Position numbers and translations under genes: made by a program | Assembly: GCA_951406725.2 (NCBI GenBank) | Contig: OX597820.1 | Location: forward strand, 15,128,001 to 15,192,000 | Length of the DNA: 64,000 bases | Source: Octopus vulgaris | Taxonomy: Eukaryota | Reading direction: 5' to 3' | The notes under the pieces: model-generated | The model's input: only the letters and a program-made list of their open reading frames with translations | What the model was told of the DNA's origin: nothing | The model's database searches: none | Part shown: positions 14,980-31,718 of the stretch, piece after piece | Numbering within the stretch: position 1 is the first letter of the stretch | Layout of the letters: each line of letters opens with the position of its first letter

Positions 14980-15430
14980 GTATCCAATTATTAGAATTTT
15001 GTAACGTTGCGTTAAGACGGTTCAGTGACTTTTAATATGGCTGACAAATTCGAACAACGCGTTTGCACAAAATTGTATATGAATGATTCATGGAGCCTTT
15101 GGACAGACAATTTTTCTTTTATATTTTCCTTTTTTTTAAATTTTTTATTTAGGTAGAACACAACGTGTCGAGGTCAATCCAGTGCTGTCGGTACAAGATG
15201 GTGAAAGTTCAGAGTAACCAACAAGCATAAAACCAGAAAAAATGTCTCGGACGGGCAGCGGCGTGGCGTAAAATGTTCGTGAATTCATTCACGAAGAGGA
15301 CTGTCACTGAAAAATCTATCAACTCTCTCGTATGTCTAGAATCAATTACAGAGTCTGCCAAGAGATTTTTCACGGAAAATCTCAACGTTCAACGCATTAC
15401 TGTGAAGTTTGTCCCCAACTCCTGCTCTTA
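14980..15430 (+). mobile_element. Decayed mariner transposase N-terminal fragment
   Basis: MADKFEQRVCTK start and a KFVPQL (WVP.L-type) motif at ~15405-15421; many stops. Confidence 0.6.
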
Positions 15431-15849
15431 ATATTTGATCAGCCGCGTCTTCATACGCTTGTCGTCTGCTTTCTCATGAAGCTCAAATTTTAACTTCTTT
15501 CTCACACGCTTCTTTATTCCTTCTTCCCTTCTTTCTCTCAACCCTGTTTCCTTTCTTTTCCTTCATGCTTTCAACTAATTGTAGTTTTATCTTCCAGGGT
15601 CGGACATGAGTTTGAAGTAAGAAGTTTGCTTCCCAACAACATCGGGTTCAGTCCCATTGCGTGGCAGCTTGAGCAAGGGTCATCTACTCTAGCCTCGGGT
15701 AGATTAAAGCCTTGTGAATGGATTTGGTGGATGGAAACCGAAAGAAGTTTGACGTGTGCGTATGTGTGCGTGTGTGTGCATGCTTCTTCTTATTATTATT
15801 ATCATCATCATCATCATCATTATTATCATTATTATTATCATTATCATCA

Positions 15850-15882
<33 letters not shown>

Positions 15883-15945
15883 GTAGTAGTAGTAGTAGTA
15901 GTAGTAGTATTAAATAAAGAAATAAATTATTATTACTACTACTAC

Positions 15946-15998
<53 letters not shown>

Positions 15999-18184
15999 AA
16001 TTGGTTAATCATTCGATCGATTAATCAATCGATCACCTAGCTTGTCAAAGTTCTTTCGTCACCATTCGCGACTTCATCAATGACATACCCCGCCCCATTC
16101 TACCCCAGATCTGCTTCAGATCATTCAGGTCAAAATATTGGAAAGAAAGAAAAAATCTCCTCAAGAAAGAAAGAGAGAGAGAGGGGGTGCAGAGAGAGAA
16201 GGTTCAGAGGAAGGGGGCAGAGATAGAGAGAGAGAGGGGAGGGAGAAAGTGTGATAGGAATATATGGAAAATAATTGAAAGAAGCAAGAAAGAGAAGGCG
16301 TGGTTTTGAAAAGAAAAAATCGGGAGAATGATTGTGTGATAAGAGACGTTCAATGCAGAGGTAATAGTATACAATGAACTACACACTTATTATTAAAACG
16401 TTCCAACAGATTCGAACGTGAAAATGCCAATCGCTGTTGTTGTTTTTCGTCACAGGAAAACATCTTCAAGACGACTGTGTGTTCATAACACTCGATTCAT
16501 TAGTACGAAGTATAAATGTGATTATATTATAGTTGTTAAGAGCACTCCGTCGGTTGCGACGACGAGGGTCCCAGCTGATACGATCAACGGAACAGCTCTG
16601 CTCGTGAAATTAACGTACAAGTGGTTGAGCACTCCACAAACGTAGTTCACGGGGAGATTCAGCGTGACACAGAGTGTGACAAGGCTGACCCTTTGAAATA
16701 CAGGTACAACTCCAGCTGAGTGGACTGGAGCAACGTGAAATAAAATGTCTCGCTCGAGGACACAACGCGCCGCCGGGAAATGAACCCACGACTTTACGAT
16801 CATGAGCCGAATGCCCCTAACCACTAAGCCACGCGCCTTCACTCTTATAGTTATAGTTGTTAATGGTATGGTAAATCCAGTATTGGAGGAGACTAGGAGA
16901 GATTTGAATCAGTAACAAATAATATAAAAAGAAGTGAGCTGATTTAAATGTAGCTTCTGTGAAGGAAGGAAGGAAGGGGTCAGTTATTTGAGATAACCTT
17001 CCTTTATCAACAAAAAGGCTATGACTCGGAACAGCAGGTCCCTTCTTCTTACAGTAGCTTCTTTTATTGCACCGACAGAATTAGCAGTGTTGTGATATTA
17101 GTACTGGTGGTGGAGGTGGCGGCGGTAAACGTTTAAATGAAATATTTAAAAGTTAAAAAGAAAGAGTGACTGACGATTGATAGTGTACCTCGGTATGAAA
17201 TGTCTTTTAGTGAAAAGTTAATGGGAGGCAAACCCCTCCACCGCTATTATCCACTCTGTTATCTACATAAACACTGAAGGGAAAACAAAACTGGAATTAG
17301 AGGCCGATGAAGTGGGCCCCAGAGGTCAATGAAGATTTCTTTTTATCTCATTTTTTCTGTCATTACCGTTAAGATCTTCGCTCCCCGTGGAACATAAGCA
17401 ATTGATTTTTTCCACAGTTCTCGACTTTGGACTGTCTTTTCTGCTTTTCTCCTGGTGGGTCCCTATTTTTCAGCTCTACCTTTTAGATTTTACTCAACCA
17501 CATCATATGTTTCTTAAAGAAAGGGCCTTCCTCTCATAAGTCTTGTAGGGTTTCAACTGTCGTTGATACTTCTGTAACTCTGCTTTTTCTACGTAGGGGC
17601 GCTCGCCTTTTTTTTTTACCTCTGAGAAGAGGTAATCCATATCAATCTAGTCATTATCCTTTGACTTGTCCAGCAAAGTGGTGGAGGCCTTCTCAAGAAC
17701 TTGTGCTCCTCTAGCATAATTCTTAGGGTCATTACGGCACACAAACTAGTACGCTGCAACAAAGACTGGAGCTATTTTCCTTTGCTTCTGCTTAAAAAAA
17801 AAAAATGATAATCGTCACTCAAATATTTTCTCCATTATACTTCAAGGTTTCTGATCGCATAGGAAATCGTTATTTTCATGTTGTATCTGCTTCGCCAATT
17901 TTAGCATATTTACATATACTAACATAGAAACGATACAAAAGAGAAAGAAACAAAAAAACCTAAACAACAATGTCAATGTATAAATAATTGAATATAAATG
18001 CCAAAAAAAATATATAAAAGAAAAAGTGCTTAATAAAGTACAAAAAACAAACAAACAAAGAAAAAAGTTGCATGGAGAAAAGTTGGCAAATCATCTTATC
18101 TATCTATAGCGACAGATTCTCTGGAACGGACAGTGAAATTGTTAATTCACTAGGTATTACATTCTATAATGTGTGTGGGTGGGT

Positions 18185-18192
18185 GTGTATAC

Positions 18193-18224
<32 letters not shown>

Positions 18225-18308
18225 ATACATGCACACACGTGTTATGCATACGTATATACAAATATATACATGTATACAAGTATACACATACATATATATG
18301 TACATATT

Positions 18309-18373
<65 letters not shown>

Positions 18374-18647
18374 TCTCACTTATACATTCATTTAGTGATA
18401 TATATACATATATGTATATGTACACACATATATATATACATGTGTATATATGTATGTATATATATGTGTGTATGTATATATGCATATATGTATATATATA
18501 TAAGAGAAAGTTGGTATATATATATATATGTATATATGTGCGTATATATGTATGCGTGGATGCATGCATATATATATATATATATATATATGCAAAATAT
18601 ATATACGCATATATACATACGTATATGTACATTCTTACATCCATACG

Positions 18648-18682
<35 letters not shown>

Positions 18683-18761
18683 GTGGGCATATATATATAT
18701 ATATACACTCACACCCACACATGCACACACACACGCACACACACACATGCCCACACACACA

Positions 18762-18795
<34 letters not shown>
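18185..18795. repeat. (TA)n/(CA)n compound microsatellite
   Basis: Visible directly in the sequence. Confidence 0.95.
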
Positions 18796-18797
<2 letters not shown>

Positions 18798-19194
18798 GAG
18801 TGAGTATCGGATGTGGGTAGCGTTCACTGCGTCATGTTCCAGTGCCTGCTTTTGATGAAACATTTTCACATGAAATAAATTTGGACGAAAAAAAAAAAGA
18901 AAAAGAAAAAGAAAAATAGAAATGGCAGAACTGCGAGCAGCCCCTCCCAAGAGGCGGGTGTATAATCGAATTAGACGGCTATATTGTTCTTGGATGTTTA
19001 TAATGATCTAATGAATGAATAAAGCAACGAAAACAAGAAGAAGCAAACAAACACACTCACACAAAAATAAAAACCCAGCTCAAATACAAGAAATGTCAAT
19101 ATTTTTGTTTTGGAATTGTTGCCAGTAATGCGGTTTCTTTTGTTGAAAGAGGAAGGGGTAACTAGAAAAAATGTAGACTACACAAATGCAGACG

Positions 19195-19270
<76 letters not shown>

Positions 19271-19517
19271 TGATGATGATTATAATGTTTTCGAATTTTG
19301 GCACATGGCTAGCAATTTCGGTGTGTGTGTGTGTGGGGGGGAAGTAGGTCGATTAGATCGACCCCAGTGCTCAACTGGTACTTATTTTATCGACGCCCCG
19401 AAAGGATGAAAGGCAAAGTCGACCTCGGCGGAATTTGAACTCAGAACGTAACGGCAGACGAAATGCCGCTAAGTTTTTTTCCCGGAGTGCTAACGATTCT
19501 GCCAGCTCGCCGCCGTA

Positions 19518-19615
<98 letters not shown>

Positions 19616-19616
19616 T

Positions 19617-19670
<54 letters not shown>

Positions 19671-19674
<4 letters not shown>

Positions 19675-20912
19675 TAGATAGGAAAACAAGAAAAATAATG
19701 ACAGGATCTAGGATGCATCACCCAAAATCTGACATAGAAAGACTATATATACAACGTATGGAAGGTGGTAGAGGCCTTATACAACTGGAAAACTACTATA
19801 AAATAACCACCATAGGACTGCAAAAATATCTACTTCAGAAGGAAGGAAAACTGATCCAGATAGCGGCAAAACACGAGCAAAACAAAAAACTGTTCTCAGT
19901 ATTTAAGGAAGCTGACAAATACAAACAAGAAATCATACCACCTAATAAACATGAAGAAGAAGAAGAAGATGAAGAAACAACAAAAGCTATAAAACAAATG
20001 AAATCCAAACTAAAAACAGAACAGCAACGAACCATGATAAAACGATGGCAAGAAAAGCCCCTTCATGGTAAATACTGCACTAAACTAAACGCAAAAGAAA
20101 TAGACAAAGAAAAATCCCAGCAATGGTTGAGAAGCTCAGGACTCAAAGCAGAAACAGAGGGATTTTTAATTGCAGCACAAGACCAAAGCCTCCCCACCAG
20201 AAATTACCAAAAACATGTAATGAAAAGAAATATTACAAGTAACTGCAGAATATGTGGAGATGGACAAGAAACAATAAATCATATTATCTCTAGCTGCCCA
20301 GTCCTGGCTAAGAAGGAATATATTCACAGACATGACAGAGTTGGAACCTACATACATTGGAAGCTATGCCAACATTATGGAATAACAACAGAAAAAAGAT
20401 GGTATAGGCACACACCAGAAAAGGTCACAGAAAACGAGAAAGCAACCATACTCTGGGATATGCCGATACACACAGATAGAGAAATTAAGGCCAACAGACC
20501 AGATATAGTTGTCAGAGATCATGAAGAAAAAAATGCTTTTTAATTGATGTATCAATACCGGCAGATGACAACGTGTCTCTAAAAGAAATGGAGAAACTCT
20601 CAAAATACAAAGACCTGGAAATAGAGGTAACTAGAATGTGGAATCTGAAAACAGAAACAATTCCTATCATAGTAGGTGCATTAGGCATGATAAAAAAATA
20701 TTCAGACAAATACATAACAAAAACACCAGGACTTACAAACACATATAACATACAGAAAATTGCACTACTAGGCACTGCCCACATCCTACGCAGAACACTT
20801 TCCATACAATAACCATCAGAGCATCACAACAAATCACAGCACATACCCAAGGCACACAGAGCTGCGCTCGGTAGTGAAGTGAAAGCACGCTATAAAAATA
20901 AAAATAAAACTA

Positions 20913-20916
<4 letters not shown>
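19671..20916 (+). mobile_element. 5'-truncated R4/Dong-like non-LTR retrotransposon (RT thumb, CCHC knuckle, RLE endonuclease, 3'UTR)
   Basis: ORF 19698-20543 continues after a 1-nt shift in an A-run (20527-20533) to 20812. Motifs: HPKSDIERLY..R.EGGRGL, IAAQDQSL.TRNY, CRIC...ETINHIISSC, RHD, NRPDIVV..LIDVS..KLSKYKDL, IPIIVGALG. Flanked by (AAT)n. Confidence 0.93.
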
Positions 20917-20950
<34 letters not shown>

Positions 20951-21211
20951 TGATTATAATGTTTTCGAATTTTGGCACATGGCTAGCAATTTCGGTGTGG
21001 GGGAGAAGTAGGTCGATTAGATCGACCCCAGTGCTCAACTGGTACTTATTTTATCGACCCCCGAAAGGATGAAAGGCAAAGTCGACCTCGGCGGAATTTG
21101 AACTCAGAACGTAACGGCAGACGAAATGCCGCTAAGTTTTTTTCCCGGAGTGCTAACGATTCTGCCAGCTCGCCGCCGTAAATAAAAATAATAATAATAA
21201 TAATAATAATG

Positions 21212-21294
<83 letters not shown>

Positions 21295-21295
<1 letters not shown>

Positions 21296-21731
21296 CTCCT
21301 GTGATCATAATATCTCAGCGAAAGAGTTTGACAAGCTCAGAAAATATAAAGACCTACTCATTGAAATTGAGAAAATGTGGCATCTCAAGGCGGTTACAAT
21401 ACCAGTGATCGTAGGAGCACTAGGAATGATCAAGAAGGGAACCGAAAATTATATGAGAATGATCCCTGGCTTACCATCCCTGCAAGAAGTGCAAAAGATT
21501 GTCTTAACTGGTACATCACACGTATTGAGAAGAGCATTGTCGATGTGAGAACTGTTGCTGCTCATGTATTTTAATTTTAATTTAACTTAAAAAAAAAAAA
21601 TTAAAAAAAAATTAACGAACTACTGAGTTTGGTTTAATGGCCTACCAATAAACACTATGAGTTTCTTTGCCCTAGGAGTCGGGAAGACACTCGGCAAGAA
21701 ATGGAAGAAAATTTGAAAGAAGAAAAAAAAA

Positions 21732-21733
<2 letters not shown>
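21295..21733 (+). mobile_element. Second Dong/R4-like LINE 3' end (different subfamily)
   Basis: Translates PCDHNISAKEFDKLRKYKDLLIEIEKMWHLKAVTIPVIVGALGMIKK...VLRRALSM*, followed by a 3'UTR. Bounded by (AAT)n. Confidence 0.88.
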
Positions 21734-21776
<43 letters not shown>

Positions 21777-21777
<1 letters not shown>

Positions 21778-22582
21778 GGAACTACCAGGCCAACATATTA
21801 AAGAACGGCAGTAGCCCAACATGTGTATGTCAACAACAAAATGAAACCATTGATCATGTTGTCTCCAAGTGCAGTCTTCTAGCGCCTACAGAGTATCTCA
21901 ACAGGCATGATAGAGCTGCACAATATATTCACTGGGTAATCTGCAAAAACCTGGATTTGCCCCATGAAAAAAACTGGTGGGAACACAAACCACCCCCAGT
22001 GCTTGAAAATTACCACATCTCACTCCTCTGGAACATCCCCATTCAAACTGACAGAAAGATAGATGCAAATAGGCCAGACATCATATTGAAAGACTTCAGA
22101 CAAAGAACATGCCTCCTCATTGATATGACTGTCCCAATCGTTATAAATGTATCTGTCAAGACCTACCAAAAACTGAGCAAATATAAAGATCTTGAAATAG
22201 AAAGCAGCAAAATGTGGAACCTGAAGACTAAAACAATACCTGTTGTCATAGGTGCCCTGGGAATGATAGCGAAAGGGGCTGATTGCTACCTAACTCAGAT
22301 ACCAGGAAACCCCAAAATGGCAGAAATTCAAAAGATAGTGCTCATGGGAACTGCTCATATCCTACGCAAAATACTTTCTATGTAATCTCAAGGTTTAAAA
22401 CAAACATAACTTTCGTTTTTTTTCTTCTTTTTAGGCATTCACTAGTACAACACTAAATACAAAACCAAATATATGGCACACTATGCATAACAACAATACG
22501 AACTTCCAGCCTGTTGCCTCTTGAGGTCTCTGGGTGAGACTTGGAGCCAACTTGTACAAATATAAAGCAAAAGTCAAACATA

Positions 22583-22584
<2 letters not shown>
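21777..22584 (+). mobile_element. Third Dong/R4-like LINE 3' portion
   Basis: RNYQANIL..C.C...ETIDHVVSKC..RHD..NRPDIIL..LIDMT..KLSKYKDL..IPVVIGALG (ORF to 22385), followed by a 3'UTR. Bounded by (AAT)n. Confidence 0.9.
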
Positions 22585-23979
<1,395 letters not shown>

Positions 23980-24028
23980 AGCCGACACTTCATCATACCC
24001 AGCAAAATAAGCTGTGAGTTTTCCAATA

Positions 24029-24077
<49 letters not shown>

Positions 24078-24148
24078 GGCGGAGGAGGAGGATAATGCCG
24101 GACTACAAATAAATAAGATAAAATAAATAAAAATAAATATAAATATAA

Positions 24149-24780
<632 letters not shown>

Positions 24781-25500
24781 TAATGCCTAACTACAACAAT
24801 TATGAAAGCAAAATAATGAGAACAGACCCTAACACCAAATGCAGAATATGCAACCAGCACAATGAGACTGTCGACCACATCATCTCTGGCAGCCCAGTCC
24901 TCGCAAAAAATCTGAGTATATGTACAGACACGACTGAGTAAGCAGTCATATCCACTGGACAATATGCCAACGTTACAACATTAAAACTGACAATAGGTGG
25001 TGTAAAGATTTGCCAAACAAGGTACAAGGCAACGAGCAGGCTACAATCATCAGGGATATGCCGGTTCAAACCGACAAAGAAATAAATGATAATCTCCCCG
25101 ACATAATAATCAAGGATTGAGGAAAATACACCTGCTTACACATTGCAGTCCTTTCTGATCAAAATATTGTCCAAAAAGAAGTGGAGAAATTGTCAAAGTA
25201 CAAAGACCTCGAAATTAAAGTATTGAAGATGTGGGACATGAAAGTGAAAAAAATACTAATAATAATAGAAGCATTAAGCATGATAAAAAAAAAAAACGTA
25301 TTGAACAAAAACTTTGAAACTATACCTGGATCCTCAACACTACACACTATTCAAAAATTTGCCTTGTTAGGAACAGCCCGCATCCTACGCATGAAACTAT
25401 CAATTCAATAATACAATCTAAACAAAACAACCCACAAACACAAGACACAGTCTACACAGCAATTACCCGGTGAAATAAACTTCCACAAGCAAGCTAGAAA
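24781..25500 (+). mobile_element. Fourth, decayed Dong/R4-like LINE fragment
   Basis: CRICNQHNETVDHIISG.P and EKLSKYKDLEIKVLKMWDMK...LLGTARILRMKLSIQ, with stops and frameshifts. Confidence 0.85.
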
Positions 25501-25728
25501 ACCAACGCATTCTCACTCAACACACAATAAAAGCAGTAGTACAATAAAAGACTGCACCACATTTCAAGAGGAAACGAAAACTAACACAATACAATACCGG
25601 AAAGAGTTTGCGCACTTCCAACAATAGAAAAGAACACGCAATGCTGCATACACCCCAGCAACACGGAGATGTAGCAGGTGATGCAGTAGAAGTTTGTCTC
25701 AATCTACTAAATAATGAACAGTTGTATT

Positions 25729-25846
<118 letters not shown>

Positions 25847-25921
25847 TTTGGGAATTTTTAAAACAAAATATTTATACTTGTACACTTGTATATAATTACT
25901 GTATATTCTTAAACATGTTTT

Positions 25922-25995
<74 letters not shown>

Positions 25996-26286
25996 TTATA
26001 TATACGCCGTCTACCAAATCCTCTCTCAATGCTTTGGTCGGCCCGAGGCTATAGTAGAAGACACTTGCCCAAGGTGCCACGCAGTGGGACTGAACCTGGG
26101 ACTATGTGGTTCATAAGCAAGCTATATACCACACAGCCATGTCTGCACCATATTGCTTACCTTTTAACTTTTACTTACTTCAGTCTTTGGTCTGCGGCCA
26201 TACTGCAGCACCGCCTTGCAAGGTTTGTAGTGGTGAGGGACAAACGCAACACAAATGCATACATAGATACATAGACACACACACAC

Positions 26287-26343
<57 letters not shown>

Positions 26344-26345
<2 letters not shown>

Positions 26346-26752
26346 CTCTTTACTCTTTTACTTGTGTCAGTCATTTGACTGCGGCCATGCTGGAGCACCG
26401 CCTTTAGTCGAGCAAATCGACCCCGGGACTTATTCTTTGTAAGCCCAGTACTTATTCTATCGGTATCTTTTTGCCGAACCGCTAAGTGATGGGGACGTAA
26501 ACACACCAGCATCGGTTGTCAAGCAATGCTAGGGGGACAAACACAGACACACAAACACACACACACATACATATATATATATACATACATATATACGACA
26601 GGCTTCTTTCAGTTTCCGTCTACCAAATTCACTCACAAGGCATTGGTCGGCCCGGGGCTCTAGCAGAAGACACTTGCCCAAGATGCCACGCAGTGAGACT
26701 GAACCCGGAACCATGTGGTTGGTTAGCAAGCTACTTACCACACAGCCACTCC
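26344..26752 (-). mobile_element. SINE family A (partial copies adjacent at ~26005-26280 and 26785-26925)
   Basis: Full body match. Confidence 0.85.
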
Positions 26753-27189
26753 ATATATATATATATGCGCGACAGGATTCTCTAAGTCTCCATCTACCAA
26801 TTTACTCTCAAGGCTTTAGTTGACTAGGAGTTACAATAAAGACACTTACCCATGGTGCTGCACAGTGGACCTGAACCCAAAACCGCGTGATTGCAAAGCG
26901 AGTTTCTTACCTACACAGCCACACTTCCGCCTTCGTTGTCTTTGTATATTTGTTTGTCTGAAATGAATATCAAATGAATGCGCACACCGCATGTGTGTGT
27001 GGGGGTGTGATGTATAGTGTAAACATTTATTCAATATTGCATACTGTAACACAGCTGTTTCATAGGTCAGTGTCTACTTGTCGAAGCACAAATCTGTTTC
27101 TAAATGACTGCATAAAATGAACGCTGAAAAATCGGTGGGCGCTACAAGAAGCCTAATGGCATTTTGCCAGAATTATTACTTCTGACTCA

Positions 27190-27217
27190 TAAATACATAC
27201 ATGCATACATACATACA

Positions 27218-27249
<32 letters not shown>

Positions 27250-27975
27250 CATACATACATACATACATACATACGTACGTACGTACGTACGTACATACAT
27301 ACATACATACATACATACATACATACATACATACATACGTACGTACGTACATACATACATACATACATACATACATACACATACATACATACACACATAC
27401 ATACACACATACATACGTACATACATACATACACACATACATACGTACGTACATACATACATACATTGCATACATACATGCATACACACATACATACATA
27501 CATACACACATACATACATACATACGTACGTACATACATACATACATACATACATACATACATACATACATACATACATACATACATTCATTCATACATA
27601 CATTCATACATTGCATACATACATACATTCATGCATACATTCATACATACATACGTACGTACAAACATACATACATACATACATACATACATTCATTCAT
27701 ACATACATACATACATACATACATACATACATACATACATACGTACGTACAAACATACATACATACATACATACATACATACATACATACATACATACAT
27801 ACATACGTACGTACGTACGTACGTACATACATACATACATATATACATACATACATTGCATACATACGTACGTACAAACATACATACATACATTGCATAC
27901 ATACATACATACATACATACATACATACATACATACATACATACATACATACATACATACATACATACATACATG
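27190..27975. repeat. ~780-bp (ACAT)n/(ACGT) tetranucleotide array
   Basis: Visible directly in the sequence. Confidence 0.95.
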
Positions 27976-28683
27976 TGTGTGAGAGAGAAAGAAACAAAGA
28001 GAGAGAGAGTGTGTGTGTGTGTAAATAAGGTTGGTTATGTTTTGTAATATGTTGTCCATAACTTTTATTGATGAGACAAAAAAGTTGTAGAAAAATACCA
28101 GCCAGTTAACAAACGCCAATTGCAAACCAGCGAACAAACACAAACAACAGACCACACTACACCGACAAATATAAATATACCACTAAAAGCATGCTGCGAA
28201 AGTTCTCGTCTGGTAATCGCAGTGGCGTGAAACTCGAGTCACAAATATGTCCGTTCAGTTTGATAAGCTTTGCGTTCTCACACGCGCGCGTTCGCGCACA
28301 TACAGGCATACATACATATACATACATAAAAGGATAAAGGGTAAAGAACTCCTTCGGTCAAGAATGACCATGGGATTGCACCTAGAAAGTTCCACTCCGA
28401 GGCACAAGTCTGGGCAAGGATGTTTATGGAAGACCAGCAGTCGCCCATGCATACCAGCCTCCCTTCATGCCACTGATGTTATCCAAGTGAAGGGCAAAGA
28501 CCGATGCACCAGTGATGTCACAATTCATTTCTACAGCTGAGTGAAATGGAGCAACGTGAAATAAAGTGTTTTGCTCAAGAACTCAACACATAGCCTGGTC
28601 CGGGAATCGAACTCACTATCTTATGACTGTGAGCTCGACGCTCTAACCACTGAGCCATGCGCCTTCACATATACTTGCTTTAT

Positions 28684-28718
<35 letters not shown>

Positions 28719-28723
28719 GTATC

Positions 28724-28755
<32 letters not shown>

Positions 28756-28770
28756 AATGTGTGCGTGCGT

Positions 28771-28819
<49 letters not shown>

Positions 28820-29103
28820 TGTGGGAGGTGTTCAGCTGAAATACAAGGTCAAGCTGCCAGATAAAAAAGCAAGGATCAAAACAAGAACTTGATGTCATTG
28901 CTGGCAAGTGCATATTGCGGTGCACTTACCTGCCTGAGTGCAAATGTGTGTGTGTGTGCATGTGTGTTTGCATGTGCATTTACTCACACATATATGGGGA
29001 CATGCGTATGTGTGTCTGTCTACTTGTACATATGTGTACATCGCTTTATATATATATATAGAGAGAGAGAGATAGATACATATATATATATACACATATA
29101 TAT

Positions 29104-29201
<98 letters not shown>

Positions 29202-29634
29202 TGATATATATATGCACACACACACATATATATACATACATACATACATACATACATACATACATACATACATACACACACACATATGTATAAATAGATA
29301 TATAGGTATGTATGTATGTATGTATATAGGTATATGTGTTTCTGTACGTGTGTGTGTGTGTATGCACACACACACACACACACACTTATGCATATGCATT
29401 GTGGGTGTTTATTTGTGTAAGCATATGCGTGTGTGCGTGAGCGTGTATAATGCTATCAGTACGGTTTCTCACGCTGGCACCCACTCTTTCGCTTATTGGT
29501 TGAGGAAATATTGTGATAAAGTGAGATAAACAGTTTCTACGTTGTCCTCCAACCTGCTAGAAATAGTAGCCAAACTTCCCTTAGCTCAGGAGGCTCAATT
29601 GGTTAATGAAGCTTGGAATATAGTGCGCCTAGAA

Positions 29635-30304
29635 GGCGGCGAGCTGGCAGAGTCGAAAGCACGCCAGGCGAAATACTTAGCGGTATTTCGCCTGCCGTTA
29701 CGTTCTGAGTTCAAATTCCGCCGAGGTCAACTTTGCCTTTCATCCTTTCGGGGTCGATTAAATAAGTACCAGTTACACACTGGGGTCGATATAATCGACT
29801 CAATCCTTTTGTCTGTCCTTGATTGTCTCTTCTTCTATGTTTATCCCCTTGTGGGTAGTAAAGAAATAGGTATTTAAGGCGGCGAGCTGGCAGAATTGTT
29901 AGCGCGCCGGGCGAAATGCGTAGCCGTATTTCGTCTGCTGTTACGTTCTGAGTTCAAATTCCGCCGAGGTCGACTCTGCCTTTCATCTTTTCGGGGTCGA
30001 TTAAATAAGTACCAGTTACACACTGGGGTCGATATAATCGACTTAATCCCTTTGTCTGTCCTTGTTTGTCCCCTCTGTGTATAGCCCCTTGCGGGCAGTA
30101 AAGAAATAAGAAACGTTAGTACGCCAGGCGAAATACTTAGCGGTATTTCGTCTGTCTTCATGTTCTGAGTTCAAATTCCGTCGAGGTCGACTTTGCCTTT
30201 CATCCTTTCGGGGTCGATAAATTAAGTACCAGTTGCGTACTGGGGTCGATCTAATCGACTGCTCCCTCCCCCAAAATTTCGGGCCTTGCGCCTAGAGTAG
30301 AATA
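29635..30304 (+). mobile_element. SINE family B trimer
   Basis: Three head-to-tail units between near-identical 19-mers (29616-29634 and 30305-30323). Confidence 0.85.
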
Positions 30305-30573
30305 GAATATAGTGTGCTTAGAAAAAGACGGGATATTCAAGGATGAACTGCATTCGTAAATAGATCAATCTAATTGGAATTGACTTTGTGTGGTTAAACA
30401 ACGACAGCTAGCGTGGAAATGACAGGGAAAGAAATATTCCAAAACTGATTTCATAATTATCGTTTGTACAGTTCTATATTTAAGAGACGAGGAATTATTT
30501 ACATTATTTACATTCATCAGGTATCTTGGGGAAATTTCGAACCTGGGTTCTCATTCCTAAGGTATTTTTCAAT

Positions 30574-30654
<81 letters not shown>

Positions 30655-30736
30655 TTAAATCACTACGCCATAGGCTCGTACTGGTTAAGAGCGCGGATAC
30701 TAACCCCAAGATTCCGAGTTCGATTCCAGGCAGTGA

Positions 30737-30845
<109 letters not shown>

Positions 30846-30951
30846 AAGAAGAAGAAGAAGAAGAAGAAGAAGAAGAAGAAGAAGAAGAAGAAGAAGAAGA
30901 AGATCGAAAAATACCTTAGGAATGAGAACTCATGTTCGAAATTTCCCCAAG

Positions 30952-30995
30952 ATACCTGATGAAGGCTGGAGGGTATATCAGCCGAAACGTCGTGT
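30952..30995 (+). ncRNA. Minimal type I hammerhead ribozyme (Penelope-type)
   Basis: ATAC-CTGATGA-A-GGCTG(loop)CAGCC-GAAA-CG-TC-GTGT: canonical core, GUC triplet, palindromic ACGT stem III. Confidence 0.72.
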
Positions 30996-31039
30996 GAACA
31001 ACAAACAAGATGAGGACAAATATCCGTCAAATGTAAATA

Positions 31040-31620
31040 ACGTAGGTAACCTTTTTGTCGAAAGTAGTGAAAACATTGCAGAAAGTGGAGTCGATGGAGG
31101 TTTGTGGATTTAATGGATGGTTATAGGATGTTTTTTAGACAGTGCTGAGACTGGTTATAGGGATAACAGATAATATGGCATAATCGTAATAACCGTTTGA
31201 AAATCCTGCGCTGACTTGGCACACTTCATTAATTTCAAATGTAAGGGAGCTGAAAGCAAGCGAGATATAACCATTTGTTAGATTTACCTTCAACTTGTGT
31301 TTGTTTACTTGTTTGTTAAGGAAGCTTTGTGAGCTCCCTGTGTCCCCTAATGCCTTGGTTTTTCTTCCACTTATTCGATTGTCCACAAGAGCACGTGACA
31401 GACATTGAATGAAGCAGCGGAGAGTGCAGCTATTGTGGATGCCGCTGAAAATTAAGGAGATTGGCGTACTTTGGTGTAATGTCCCATTTTAGTCACAATT
31501 ATTACATTTGGCGGGGAATTTTGATCGGGGATGTTACTTTAAAGCGTAGAAGAAATACTTAGGGATAACTGCTGCAAGTGTTGAAGAGTAATCTAGGAGC
31601 ATACGAATAGTATTTTCCTA
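31040..31620 (-). mobile_element. Gypsy-like LTR retrotransposon gag-protease remnant
   Basis: Aspartic protease motif KALGDTGSSQSFL and an upstream broken zinc knuckle (PAKCNNC / KMGHYTKV). Confidence 0.7.
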
Positions 31621-31718
31621 CTGAATTTTTTGGAGGACCAACAACAGCTGCATTAATTTAGAGGGGTCGGGCAAAAGGTGCAGATTGTTTTTCAGCTATT
31701 TTCATGGTTTATACTTGA

